Both the position numbers and the translations under genes were made by a program. A stretch of DNA of 64,000 nt, taken from an uncultured Christensenella sp. (lineage in GTDB: Bacteria > Bacillota > Clostridia > Christensenellales > CAG-917). Below, one piece after another: positions 9,693 through 19,122 of this stretch. Every line of letters begins with the position of its first letter. Within the stretch, counting starts at the first letter, position 1. Where the stretch lies: NCBI GenBank assembly GCA_910584155.1, contig CAJTYG010000002.1, forward strand, positions 141,381-205,380, read 5' to 3'. The notes beneath the pieces are model-generated. The model saw only the letters and a list, made by a program, of their open reading frames with translations, ran no database searches and was not told where the DNA came from.

Positions 9693-10991
9693 TTATATCA
9701 TCATAGGGATGCTTGCCATTGCCCTTTCATAATAAGCTCTTTTTCTGTTTTTCTTATCCCTCACGTCCGTTATGGGCGGAAGTATGCCGAAGTTTGCGTT
9801 CATCGGTTTGAAGTCCGTAGGACAAGAGGATACATATCTACAAAGCGCCCCTGTTATCGTGATATCTCTCGGCACCTCGTAATCCTTGCCCGCAAGCTCG
9901 GATGCGAGCGCCTGTCCCGCTATAAGACCGCTCATTATGCTTTCAACGTAGCCCTCAACGCCCGAAAGCTGTCCTGCAATATAAAGCGGCCCGGTTGCCG
10001 TCTTTACTCTGAAGGTCTCGCTAAGCACGTTCGGAGCGTCGACATAGGTGTTGCGGTGCATTATCCCATAGCGCAAAAACTCGGCATTTTTTAGCGCAGG
10101 TATCATACTGAACACACGCTTTTGCTCGCCAAACGTAAGATTTGTCTGAAATCCTACGAGGTTGAAGCAATCGCCCGCCACGTTTTCACGTCTTAGCTGC
10201 ACAACCGCATACGCCTTTTCGCCCGTCCTCGGATCACGAAGTCCGACGGGCTTGAGCGGACCGAAGCGAATGGTGTCGCTGCCCCTCTTAGCCATTTCCT
10301 CAATGGGCATACAGCCGTCAAACAGCTCGCTCTTTTCAAAATCGTGTAGCACAACGGTCTGCGCCTTTACGAGCTCGCTATAAAATGCCTCGTACTCATC
10401 TCTCTGCATTGGCAGATTGAGATAATCGTCGCCGCCCTTGCCGTATCTTCCGCCGAAATACGCTCTGTCGTAATCTATGCTGTCCGACGACACGATAGGC
10501 GCTATAGCGTCATAAAAGAACAGTCTGTCCTTTCCGCTCAGTCTGCCGACGGTGTTTGCCATAGCCTCGGACGTAAGCGGTCCCGTAGCTATCACGGTAG
10601 GCACGTCGTCTATGTCCGTGACTTCTTCTCTGACGAGTCTGAAGCCGTCGTATGAAAACAGTGCGTTTTCAACCGCTTTACTGAATTTTTCTCTGTCCAC
10701 AGACAGCGCACTGCCCGACGGAACACGTACGCTCCTTGCAATGGGGATAAGCCTGCAGCCCAAAGCGCAAAGCTCGTCCTTGAGCAGCCCCGAAGCGGTC
10801 GTCTGCTCCTCCGACTTGAGCGAGTTTGAGCACACGAGCTCGGCAAGCATATCCGTCCTATGTGCACCCGTAGTCTTTGCGGGGCGCATTTCGTACATAT
10901 CCACCCTAAAGCCCGCTTCAAGTAGCTGTAAGGCACATTCCGAGCCTGCAAGCCCTCCGCCGATTATCTTTACGCAGCCCTTGTCTGTCAT
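9693..10991 (-). CDS. trmFO: methylenetetrahydrofolate--tRNA-(uracil54-C5)-methyltransferase TrmFO
   Basis: FAD-binding VKIIGGGLAGSECALQL, 432 aa. It has the conserved position between topA and hslV. Confidence 0.95.
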   Translation of the reverse strand: MTDKGCVKIIGGGLAGSECALQLLEAGFRVDMYEMRPAKTTGAHRTDMLAELVCSNSLKSEEQTTASGLLKDELCALGCRLIPIARSVRVPSGSALSVDREKFSKAVENALFSYDGFRLVREEVTDIDDVPTVIATGPLTSEAMANTVGRLSGKDRLFFYDAIAPIVSSDSIDYDRAYFGGRYGKGGDDYLNLPMQRDEYEAFYSELVKAQTVVLHDFEKSELFDGCMPIEEMAKRGSDTIRFGPLKPVGLRDPRTGEKAYAVVQLRRENVAGDCFNLVGFQTNLTFGEQKRVFSMIPALKNAEFLRYGIMHRNTYVDAPNVLSETFRVKTATGPLYIAGQLSGVEGYVESIMSGLIAGQALASELAGKDYEVPRDITITGALCRYVSSCPTDFKPMNANFGILPPITDVRDKKNRKRAYYERAMASIPMMI

Positions 10992-13099
10992 TCGTTATTG
11001 TCTTCTACAAGCTCTCTGTGCTTGCACTGTCTGTCCGTACAGACATAGTAGGTTTTTTCGTCTCGCTTTACGACCTTCATCGTATTGCCGCATTCGGGAC
11101 ACAGATAAGGCGCAGGTACGTCCCAGCTGATAAAATCGCAGTTGGGATAGTTTGTGCAGCCGTAGAATGTCTTTCCGTTTTTGGACACACGCTTGCTCAC
11201 GTCGCCGCCGCATTTGGGACATTTGCCCACGACCTCGACTATCTTTTTGATGTTTTTGCATCTCGGATAGTTGGGACACGCAAGGAAAGGACCGTATTTG
11301 CCGTGTCTTATAACCATTTTTGCGCCGCATTTATCACAGATAACGTCGCTTTCCTCATCGGGAACGTGTGCGCTTCCGCCCGACTTTGCCGCTCTGTCCA
11401 AAAACTTCTGAAGTCTGGGATAAAATGCGCCGATAAGCTCCTGCCACTGCTGATTGCCGTCGGCGACCTTATCCAACGCTCCCTCAAGTCTTGCGGTGAA
11501 ATCGAGGCTCATTATATCGGGGAAATTCTTTTCCATATACTCGCAGACAGTTTCACCGAGAGGCGTCGGAGCAATGGCTTTTTGCTGTTTTTCGGTATAC
11601 TGACGCTTAGCAAGCACGGATATGATAGACGCATATGTGGACGGTCTTCCTATGCCGTTTTCCTCAAGCGCCTTGACAAGCGTTGCGTCGTTGTATCTCG
11701 CAGGCGGCTTTGTAAACTTCTGCTCGCTCAAAATGTCCTCAAGCGAAAGCTTTTCGCCCTCGTTAAGATCGGGCAAGGTGTCGGATTCTCTGTCGTCCTC
11801 GTCCTCCTCGACGGTTGCGGAATACACTATCGTAAAGCCCTTGAATTTTACGCTCTTGCCCTTTACGACAAAGCCTATCCTTTCGCTGCCGCTCTCGCCG
11901 GTGATGTGCACACGCATAGTGTTGTACTCTGCGTTTGACATCTGCGAAGCCATGTATCTCTCGTAAATGAGCTTATAAAGACGGAATGCGTCTCTGTCCA
12001 TCTTGCCCTCGAGCGACTTCGGCGTGCGGCTGAGGTCGATAGGACGTATTGCCTCGTGAGCGTCCTGTGCGCTCTCGCTCGTCTTGTATACGTTTGGCGT
12101 TTTGGGAGCGTATTCGCTGCCGTAATTTTGCGCAATAAAGCCGAGCGTCGCCTTTGCAAAGTCGGGTGAAATGCGCACGCTGTCCGTCCTTATGTAGGTG
12201 ATGAGCGCATGCTGCCCCTCGCCCTCTATATTTACGCCCTCGTAAAGCTGTTGTGCGACACGGCTCGTGCGGTCTGCGGTAAAGCCTAACTTATGGCTTG
12301 CCTCCTGTTGCATAGTCGACGTGGTAAACGGCGGCGCAGGCTTAGAGGTGGATACGCTCTTTTTTACCTCGTCCACCGCATAGGCGCAGCGGCGCATAAG
12401 CTCGGTGACAGCGTTTGCGTCGTCCGCATTTGTGATTTTTATTTTCTTTCCGTTTCTGTCGTTCAATGCGGCGTTGAAAAGATTTGCTTTTGTCTTTCTT
12501 GCACCCATTTTCAGCAGAATTGCGTTGATATTCCAATATTCCTCGGGCTTGAAATCCCGTATTTCTTTTTCTCTGTCCACAATCATTTTAAGCGCTGCGG
12601 ACTGCACCCTACCTGCCGAAAGCCCCGGCTTGAGCTTCCTTGAAAGAATGGGCGATATCTTGTAGCCGACAAGTCTGTCAAGCACTCTGCGAGCCTGCTG
12701 ACTGTCCACAAGGTCCATATTTATCTCTCTCGGCTTTGCCATAGCGGCACGCACCGCCTTCGGCGAAATTTCGTTGAACTCTATACGCACCTTGTCGCCC
12801 TCGACGCCCAAAACGTTTTTGAGGTGCCAACTGATAGCCTCGCCCTCTCTGTCGGGGTCGGTTGCGAGATAAACCGTATCGTATTTTTTTACGGCCTGTG
12901 CAAGCTGCTTTATTGTTGCTTCCTTATCCTGCGACACGACGTACTGCGGTTTATACCCGTTTTCGATGTCAATGCCCAAGGAACGTGCAGGCAGGTCGCA
13001 AACGTGACCTTTTGACGCCAACACCTGTGCCTCGCCACCAAGGTATTTTTGGATAGTCTTGGCTTTGTGAGGTGACTCGACAATGATAAGCTGTTTCAT
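10988..13099 (-). CDS. topA: DNA topoisomerase I (type IA) with C-terminal zinc ribbons
   Basis: TOPRIM N-terminus LIIVESPHKAKTI, the active-site region, and repeated CPxCG zinc-finger motifs at the C-terminus. Confidence 0.97.
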   Translation of the reverse strand: MKQLIIVESPHKAKTIQKYLGGEAQVLASKGHVCDLPARSLGIDIENGYKPQYVVSQDKEATIKQLAQAVKKYDTVYLATDPDREGEAISWHLKNVLGVEGDKVRIEFNEISPKAVRAAMAKPREINMDLVDSQQARRVLDRLVGYKISPILSRKLKPGLSAGRVQSAALKMIVDREKEIRDFKPEEYWNINAILLKMGARKTKANLFNAALNDRNGKKIKITNADDANAVTELMRRCAYAVDEVKKSVSTSKPAPPFTTSTMQQEASHKLGFTADRTSRVAQQLYEGVNIEGEGQHALITYIRTDSVRISPDFAKATLGFIAQNYGSEYAPKTPNVYKTSESAQDAHEAIRPIDLSRTPKSLEGKMDRDAFRLYKLIYERYMASQMSNAEYNTMRVHITGESGSERIGFVVKGKSVKFKGFTIVYSATVEEDEDDRESDTLPDLNEGEKLSLEDILSEQKFTKPPARYNDATLVKALEENGIGRPSTYASIISVLAKRQYTEKQQKAIAPTPLGETVCEYMEKNFPDIMSLDFTARLEGALDKVADGNQQWQELIGAFYPRLQKFLDRAAKSGGSAHVPDEESDVICDKCGAKMVIRHGKYGPFLACPNYPRCKNIKKIVEVVGKCPKCGGDVSKRVSKNGKTFYGCTNYPNCDFISWDVPAPYLCPECGNTMKVVKRDEKTYYVCTDRQCKHRELVEDNNE

Positions 13100-13141
13100 T
13101 AAGTCTCCTATATTTATATAAATTTTCGATTATTCTATATC

Positions 13142-14224
13142 TTACACGCCCGCAAGCGCATAATAGTTTCCGCCCGTGTTTTGTATAAGCCCGTTCAGCT
13201 CCAAATCGAACAGCTCGTTTGTAAGCTCGCTCACACTGAGTTCCGTAAGCTCGAGCAGCTCTTCGAAATGCTGTTCGCCGTCCCGCAGTGCCTCGAGAAT
13301 TCTGCTGCCCGTTATGTTTATTTCCACGACCTGCGACTCGCTGCTTGCCCTTTTGACGTGCATTGAGTCAAGCACGTCGTCCGCACTTATCACAAGTGCG
13401 TCGGGTATCTCACGCAAAAGCTCGTTGCCGCCCTCGTTTTCTGCGGCATATATGTTGCCGGGCACTACAAACACGTCCTTACCCTGCTCGATAGCAAGCC
13501 TCATCGTGATGAGCGAGCCGCTGCGCTTTGCCGCCTGTGCGAGAAAAACGCCTCTGCTGAGCCCGCTTATTATGCGGTTGCGCTCGGGAAAATGATACTG
13601 CAGCGGCTTTGTTCCGAGAGGATATTCCGTCACCGCTGCGCCGCCGTTCATCAGAATGCCGTCAAGCAAGCCTCTGTGCTCGGCAGGATATATCACGTCT
13701 ATACCGCATGCAAACACCGCCACCGTCGGGCAGCCTATCGCAACGCAAGCCTTATGCGCTATAGAGTCTATGCCTCTTGCAAAGCCCGACACTACCGTAA
13801 GCCCCGCACGGGCAAATTCCCTTGCAAACTCGTCGGCGACCTTTTCGCCGTATCTCGTTGTGCGGCGTGAGCCGACTATCGCAATGCAGTCGCTGTTTAA
13901 CGCCTTTACGTTGCCCTTTACAAAAAGCACGTGCGGTCTATCCTCTATCTCACGCAGAGCGTCGGGATATTCGTCGTCAAGATAACTCAGCCAATGTATA
14001 TCCTTCTTTTCAAGCTCGTCGACGATTGCGTCTATCCTGTCTGTGTTTTTATAAAACTCGTCCGCCTTATCGTCGCTAAGAGCCTTGCGCACAAGCTCCT
14101 TTTTGCCAAAAAGCTCGGACGGATCGCCCACAGCCGAAAGCAGAGTCGCCTTCTTCTTGTAGCCGAGCTCGTCCACATATTGCAGCGCCAAAAGCGCTTT
14201 GGTTGTCAAATCCTTTAAGTCCAT
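13142..14224 (-). CDS. dprA: DNA-processing protein DprA (Smf)
   Basis: Rossmann-like DprA core IAIVGSRRTTRYG...VVSGFARGIDSIAHKA. 360 aa, located upstream of topA. Confidence 0.93.
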   Translation of the reverse strand: MDLKDLTTKALLALQYVDELGYKKKATLLSAVGDPSELFGKKELVRKALSDDKADEFYKNTDRIDAIVDELEKKDIHWLSYLDDEYPDALREIEDRPHVLFVKGNVKALNSDCIAIVGSRRTTRYGEKVADEFAREFARAGLTVVSGFARGIDSIAHKACVAIGCPTVAVFACGIDVIYPAEHRGLLDGILMNGGAAVTEYPLGTKPLQYHFPERNRIISGLSRGVFLAQAAKRSGSLITMRLAIEQGKDVFVVPGNIYAAENEGGNELLREIPDALVISADDVLDSMHVKRASSESQVVEINITGSRILEALRDGEQHFEELLELTELSVSELTNELFDLELNGLIQNTGGNYYALAGV

Positions 14225-15759
14225 CAGCTGTATTTCCTGTCAAGCCCTCTGTACTGTATCGCCTCTGCGATGTGAGCTGTCTCAATGTCCTTGCTGCCCT
14301 CGATGTCAGCTATCGTGCGTGCCACCTTAAGTATCCTTGTGGTTCCACGTGCGCTCAGATTTAGCTTTTCAAACGCCTTTTCAAGCAGACGTTCGCTGTT
14401 TTTGTCTATCTGGCAGTATTTGTTGAGCTCACGTGAGCCCATCTCGGAATTTGTCAGAATTCCGTCGTTTTTAAACCTTTCACGCTGTATCGCACGTGCG
14501 GCGTTTATGCGCTTCTTTATCTCGGCGGATGTCTCGCACTTCTGCTTGCTTTCCCTTCCTCGCAGCTCGCTGTATGAAATATTATCAACCTCGATCTGCA
14601 AATCTATTCTGTCCATAAGCGGTCCCGACAGCTTTGACACATAATTGTGTATCTGTGCGGGCGTGCAGCGGCAAACCTGTGTTTTGGAGCCGTAATTTCC
14701 GCACGGACACGGGTTCATACTTGCAAGCAGCATAAAGTTTGCGGGATATTCCACCGTATTTGCAACTCTTGCCACGGTGACCTTTCTGTCCTCGAGGGGT
14801 TGACGCAGCGTTTCGAGAGCACGGCGTGAATATTCGGGCATTTCGTCAAGAAACAGCACTCCGCTGTGAGCAAGGCTAACTTCGCCCGGCTTCGCCTTTG
14901 CGCCGCCTCCGACAAGCGTAGGCACTGTGGTGGTATGGTGCGGCGTTCTGAAAGGGCGTGTAGTCACTATACCCACACTGCTGTCAAGTATGCCCGAAAC
15001 GCTGTGTATCTTAGTCACCTCAACAGCCTCATCAAAGGTCATTTCGGGCATTATCGTCGGCACGCACTTTGCAAGCATCGTCTTGCCTGCGCCGGGAGGT
15101 CCTATCATCAGTGCGTTGTGCCCGCCTGCGACCGCTATTTCAAGCGCACGCTTTGCAACTGTCTGTCCCTTGACGTCAGCAAAATCGCAGCCGTAGCCGT
15201 GATTCTGGCAGCTCGCTTCGTAGCTTGACACGGGCACAGGCTCAAAAACGACGCCGCTCAAAAACTCTATGACCTCTCTGAGGTTGTTGAGCGCATACAC
15301 CTGTATGCCCTCTATAAAGCTTGCCTCACGGGCGTCTGCGGACGGAATGATAAACTTTTTGCAGCCGTCCTGCATTGCGGATATCAAAATAGACATAATG
15401 CCGTTTACGTGCCTTAGCTCGCCGTCAAGCGACAGCTCGCCCACAAAAACGTAGTCCTTGTAGGCTTTGTTTTCTATCTGCTCGGTAGCAACGAGTATGC
15501 CTATCGCCGTAGCAAGATCGAATACGGGACCTTCCTTTTTGGTGTCGGCAGGGGCAAGGTTCACAGTGATACGCTTTGCGGGATACTGTAAGCCGCTGTT
15601 TTTTATTGCGGAACGTACACGTTCCTTGCTCTCTTTTGTAGCAGTAGACGCAAGCCCCACCATTTCATATCCGGGTACGCCGCTGTTTATATCAAGCTCG
15701 ACGTCCACCGCATAACCCTTCAGTCCTTCAAGCGCATAGCTTTTTACTTTTGCTAACAT
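14224..15759 (-). CDS. comM: YifB/ComM-family Mg-chelatase-like AAA+ ATPase
   Basis: Lon-like N-domain, Walker A MIGPPGAGKTMLAK, GVLFLDEMPE and a C-terminal Mg-chelatase domain. Confidence 0.94.
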   Translation of the reverse strand: MLAKVKSYALEGLKGYAVDVELDINSGVPGYEMVGLASTATKESKERVRSAIKNSGLQYPAKRITVNLAPADTKKEGPVFDLATAIGILVATEQIENKAYKDYVFVGELSLDGELRHVNGIMSILISAMQDGCKKFIIPSADAREASFIEGIQVYALNNLREVIEFLSGVVFEPVPVSSYEASCQNHGYGCDFADVKGQTVAKRALEIAVAGGHNALMIGPPGAGKTMLAKCVPTIMPEMTFDEAVEVTKIHSVSGILDSSVGIVTTRPFRTPHHTTTVPTLVGGGAKAKPGEVSLAHSGVLFLDEMPEYSRRALETLRQPLEDRKVTVARVANTVEYPANFMLLASMNPCPCGNYGSKTQVCRCTPAQIHNYVSKLSGPLMDRIDLQIEVDNISYSELRGRESKQKCETSAEIKKRINAARAIQRERFKNDGILTNSEMGSRELNKYCQIDKNSERLLEKAFEKLNLSARGTTRILKVARTIADIEGSKDIETAHIAEAIQYRGLDRKYS

Positions 15760-15888
15760 TGTATACCGCCATTATTAAATTAAAGTTAATAAATTTTAGC
15801 ACATATCGCATCAAAACGCAAACGATATTACGCCCCGCAATATTCTCAAAAGCTTGCAAAATTTCACTTTTAAGCCGATTAGATATCT

Positions 15889-15921
15889 CAAAAATAAACA
15901 AAACAACGCATATAGCGTTGT
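15889..15921 (-). terminator. rho-independent terminator ending the SipW/McrB-like operon
   Basis: On the minus strand: ACAACGC-TATAT-GCGTTGT followed by TTTGTTTATTTTT. Confidence 0.7.
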
Positions 15922-15950
15922 CAAAATTTTTTTATAAATTTAAAAATTTT

Positions 15951-16682
15951 TCAATTCTCGCTCCTGCCGTCGCCGTCGGTATCGCTGTCGGCGTTTGTCT
16001 TTTTCAGCTCTTCGAGCAGTTGATTGCGCTGCTCTTCGGATAAGGTATCGACAGAATTCAATTTTTCCGTCCTCATCTTCTCCTTTTCAACGGCGAGCTT
16101 ATCACGCACAAAGCCCACGATGATAAGCACCCCCACCACCGTAAGCGGCAGCACGATTAGCACAACGTATCCGTACCACTTTGTCAAAAAGCTCCTGAGT
16201 CCGCCGATAAACTTCGCCTTGCGCACATATTTTGCCTTGACCTGCTCGGGCTTGAGCTGCCAATCGTCCTCGTCCGTTATGTCTGGATTATCGCCCTTTG
16301 TGCGGAAATAGTCTACGCTTCCGTCCTCTTTAAGCGCTATACCGACAATGCGGTGCGTAATGTTGTTGCCCGCAAGCCGTCCGCTCGGCGCAACGAACGT
16401 AATGATATCGCCCACTTTAAGGTCGTTTATGTCATCTATCTTTTTTGATAATATCACCTCGTGAGATTCAATAGTGCCCGACATGCTGTCAGTCAGCACG
16501 TCAAAAAGATAATAGCCGAAAATGCTTGTATCGCCGCCGCTCTTGCGCTGCCACAGCATAAGACCTACAACGACCACCAAAAATACAAAAATCGCTGCGA
16601 TGATAACCGTAGACACTATATTGTATATTTTTTTAGCTTTCGACTGAGTTTCTTTTGCCATATTTTTGTCAAACGGCACCAA
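15951..16682 (-). CDS. signal peptidase I, SipW/archaeal (S26B) type, with C-terminal TM helix and acidic tail (paralog 1)
   Basis: N-terminal TM. Ser motif LTDSMSGTI, His motif ITHRIVGI, and TKGDNP. A second TM (WYGYVVLIVLPLTVVGVLIIVGFV) is followed by an acidic tail. The start is uncertain (TTG at 16682 or ATG at 16661) and neither has a strong RBS. Confidence 0.85.
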   Translation of the reverse strand: MVPFDKNMAKETQSKAKKIYNIVSTVIIAAIFVFLVVVVGLMLWQRKSGGDTSIFGYYLFDVLTDSMSGTIESHEVILSKKIDDINDLKVGDIITFVAPSGRLAGNNITHRIVGIALKEDGSVDYFRTKGDNPDITDEDDWQLKPEQVKAKYVRKAKFIGGLRSFLTKWYGYVVLIVLPLTVVGVLIIVGFVRDKLAVEKEKMRTEKLNSVDTLSEEQRNQLLEELKKTNADSDTDGDGRSEN

Positions 16683-16703
16683 TCGCTTGATGCCGTACTG
16701 TCT

Positions 16704-19091
16704 TTACTCTGCACTTTCGCCGCCGTCTGAATCAGGTTTTTCATCATTCGGCTTTGCGGTGTTTTCTGCAGGCTCTTCCGCCTGCTGTGCGGTTTTGGTT
16801 TTTTGTTTCTTTGTCGTTGCGCCGTCTTCCGCAGGCTGTTTTACCGTTTTTGTCCTTTGTTTTTTTGACGCAGTTGCGTCCGCTTGCTGTTCGGGCGTTT
16901 TATCAGCCTTTGTTGCGCCTCTGTCTTCGGGCTTATCCGCTGCGGTGTGGTGTTTTTCCGCCTTGCTCTTTAGCGTCGTAGACGGTTTGGTTTTGTTTAT
17001 CTTTTTTACAAACATTGCGTCATAAGGCAATTCGCTGCCCTCTGCAAAGTGTATTGAGCCCACCGAAACCTTGTGCTCGTCAACAATCTCTATATCCTTT
17101 TTGCGCCTCGGTTTTTTAGCGGGCTTAGGTTCTGCGGGTTTTTCCTGCTCTATGGCTGATTCCTCTACACCGTCTACGGGCTTTTCCTGCTCTTTCGCAG
17201 ATTCTTCGGCTACGTTTTCGTCTTCGGGCTTGCTGTTTTCAACTGCTTCGCTATTTATTTCATCAGCCGCACCGTTGTCTTCAACTGCTTCCTTAATGAT
17301 GTCAGTCGCTTCATTTTCGGCGGTTGTAGCTTGCTCTTCCTGCGCAGCTTGCGCTTCTTCTATCGCCTGCTGCTCTGCCTGCTCTTTTGCAAGCCTGTTT
17401 GCTTCCTCAATTTCGGCAAGGCGCTTTTTACGCTCCTCGATTATCTCTGCCTCTCGCCTTTCGGTGGCTATCTTGGCACGCTGATACTCAAACGGGTCGA
17501 GCCCGAATTTCAGCCTGCTTCTGTCGCTTGCCGTAACCGTCTTTTCAAGCTCTTCACGCAGCTTGTTGAATGCGGCGGCACGCTTTGCCATATCTTCCTT
17601 GCGTCGGCGTATGCGATAATCTCTTTCCTTTTGGTCAAGTTCCTCTTGCTTTATCCTGCGATAGGAATTGAGGCAACGGTCGATTGCATCCTTGACCTTT
17701 GCGATATCCTCGGCGGTAAGCTTGTCGTCGGCGGGCTTTTTGTATAGCTTACGCACCTCAAACAGATGTTGATCGAATTTATCTGCGTCGGCGTCAAGGT
17801 CGACTTCCTCTTGATCTGCCTTTGGCGGAAGCTCCTTGATGATTTCCACCTCGACAAGCTTTTCGACCTCGACCTCCTGTACGATTTCCTTAGCGCTCTT
17901 ATCCTGCCCGTCGGGAGTGATGTCGGGTTCTTTTTCGGGGACTTTTTCTTTTTCCTGTTCCTCGTCGGGAAGCTCGTCGGGCAACGGTTCTTCGCTTTCG
18001 GGACGGTGGGTTTCCTCAATATTGTCCTCTTCTTCCTCGTTTTCCACCTTGTCGTCGGGCTTTTGAGCGTATTCGTCACGGTCAAGCTTATCCTTTTCAA
18101 AGTCCATTTCACCGACACGCATAAAGTCCGCAAATTCCTTGTCTTCCATATCGAGGTCGGTTTCGTGCTGATCGTACATACTCTCAAATAGCATAGTATT
18201 GAGGGTGACCATTTTTTTAAGCTCGTCCACGCTTTCCTGCTCGAGGTCGTAGTCTTCCACCTCGTCGGACGTAGAAAAACCGCCCGTGACATTGTACGTT
18301 TCGATAAACTGCCACAGCGTAAGCGCCTTTTTGAAGTTAGGCTCCTTCAAAATGACGTTTGTACGCATGATAGGCGGACGCACGGGCGCCGAGTTGCGCA
18401 TAGATTTTGCAAATGAAGAAGAAAGGAAGTCTGTAATAATTCGGTCGATTTTTGCGACTCTCTCTATCTTTGACAGCGTATCGGGATCAAGCCTCATCAC
18501 CTCGTCAAAGCTGAGCTGCGCAAAGTATTCCGTTCTGAACGTAACCTTTTTGCTTGGCAGGCTGAAGCGTGATTCTACGTCAAGCTCCAAAACGTCCTGC
18601 GTTGCGGACGCCTTTTTGATTTTGTCATAACGCATCGTAACAAAATCTTTAAGCTTTAAAAGCAACGTATAGATAAATCTGTTTTCGTAGATTTCAAAGG
18701 ATTCCTCTTTGGTTATGTTGAGGATCTTGCTGGGCGTAACCATTCCGTCCTTGTCGACCTTTGATATCATATTTGTGTGCTGTGCAAGAAATTTGACGGA
18801 CTCAGTAGAAATACTTCTTGCAAGCGACACGTCGACGATATCCTCCTCCTGCACGATGAATTTACGGGGATTGCGGACGATGGTGTCAAGGTTGGGCAAA
18901 ATTTCCTCTATGGTGTCTATCCAATCGATGGATATGTCCTGTATGAGGCGTTTTTTTGCCAACTTGAAGCTTGACGAGCCTTTGTCGACACGTTTTTTAT
19001 ACTGCTCGTAAAATTCCTCGTTTTGGAGGACGGATACGATTTTGCGTGCATATTGCTTATACACGTCTCTTGTGATAAGATTATCCGACAT
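16704..19091 (-). CDS. McrC/DUF2357-like N-terminal domain protein with ~490-aa charged low-complexity/coiled-coil tail; no nuclease motif seen
   Basis: 795 aa. The first ~305 aa contain PRKFIVQEEDIVDVSLARSISTESVKFLAQH and EIYENRFIYTLLLKL (cf. E. coli McrC ...EDTLANRIIKSTL...). The remainder is E/K/D/Q-rich with repeated EESA[KI]EQEKP units and a basic end. The gene lies immediately downstream of the McrB-like gene. Confidence 0.6.
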   Translation of the reverse strand: MSDNLITRDVYKQYARKIVSVLQNEEFYEQYKKRVDKGSSSFKLAKKRLIQDISIDWIDTIEEILPNLDTIVRNPRKFIVQEEDIVDVSLARSISTESVKFLAQHTNMISKVDKDGMVTPSKILNITKEESFEIYENRFIYTLLLKLKDFVTMRYDKIKKASATQDVLELDVESRFSLPSKKVTFRTEYFAQLSFDEVMRLDPDTLSKIERVAKIDRIITDFLSSSFAKSMRNSAPVRPPIMRTNVILKEPNFKKALTLWQFIETYNVTGGFSTSDEVEDYDLEQESVDELKKMVTLNTMLFESMYDQHETDLDMEDKEFADFMRVGEMDFEKDKLDRDEYAQKPDDKVENEEEEDNIEETHRPESEEPLPDELPDEEQEKEKVPEKEPDITPDGQDKSAKEIVQEVEVEKLVEVEIIKELPPKADQEEVDLDADADKFDQHLFEVRKLYKKPADDKLTAEDIAKVKDAIDRCLNSYRRIKQEELDQKERDYRIRRRKEDMAKRAAAFNKLREELEKTVTASDRSRLKFGLDPFEYQRAKIATERREAEIIEERKKRLAEIEEANRLAKEQAEQQAIEEAQAAQEEQATTAENEATDIIKEAVEDNGAADEINSEAVENSKPEDENVAEESAKEQEKPVDGVEESAIEQEKPAEPKPAKKPRRKKDIEIVDEHKVSVGSIHFAEGSELPYDAMFVKKINKTKPSTTLKSKAEKHHTAADKPEDRGATKADKTPEQQADATASKKQRTKTVKQPAEDGATTKKQKTKTAQQAEEPAENTAKPNDEKPDSDGGESAE

Positions 19092-19122
19092 ATTTTCTTA
19101 TTTTCAAAACAGTAAGCAGATA

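Noticed and set aside
17135-17215. Near-identical ~30-bp segments inside the 795-aa gene, and similar ones at 20741-20900 in the SipW paralog 2 gene, considered as mobile or regulatory repeats
   Set aside because: They lie in frame within low-complexity acidic tails and encode duplicated peptide units. They are best explained as intragenic duplication or slippage.
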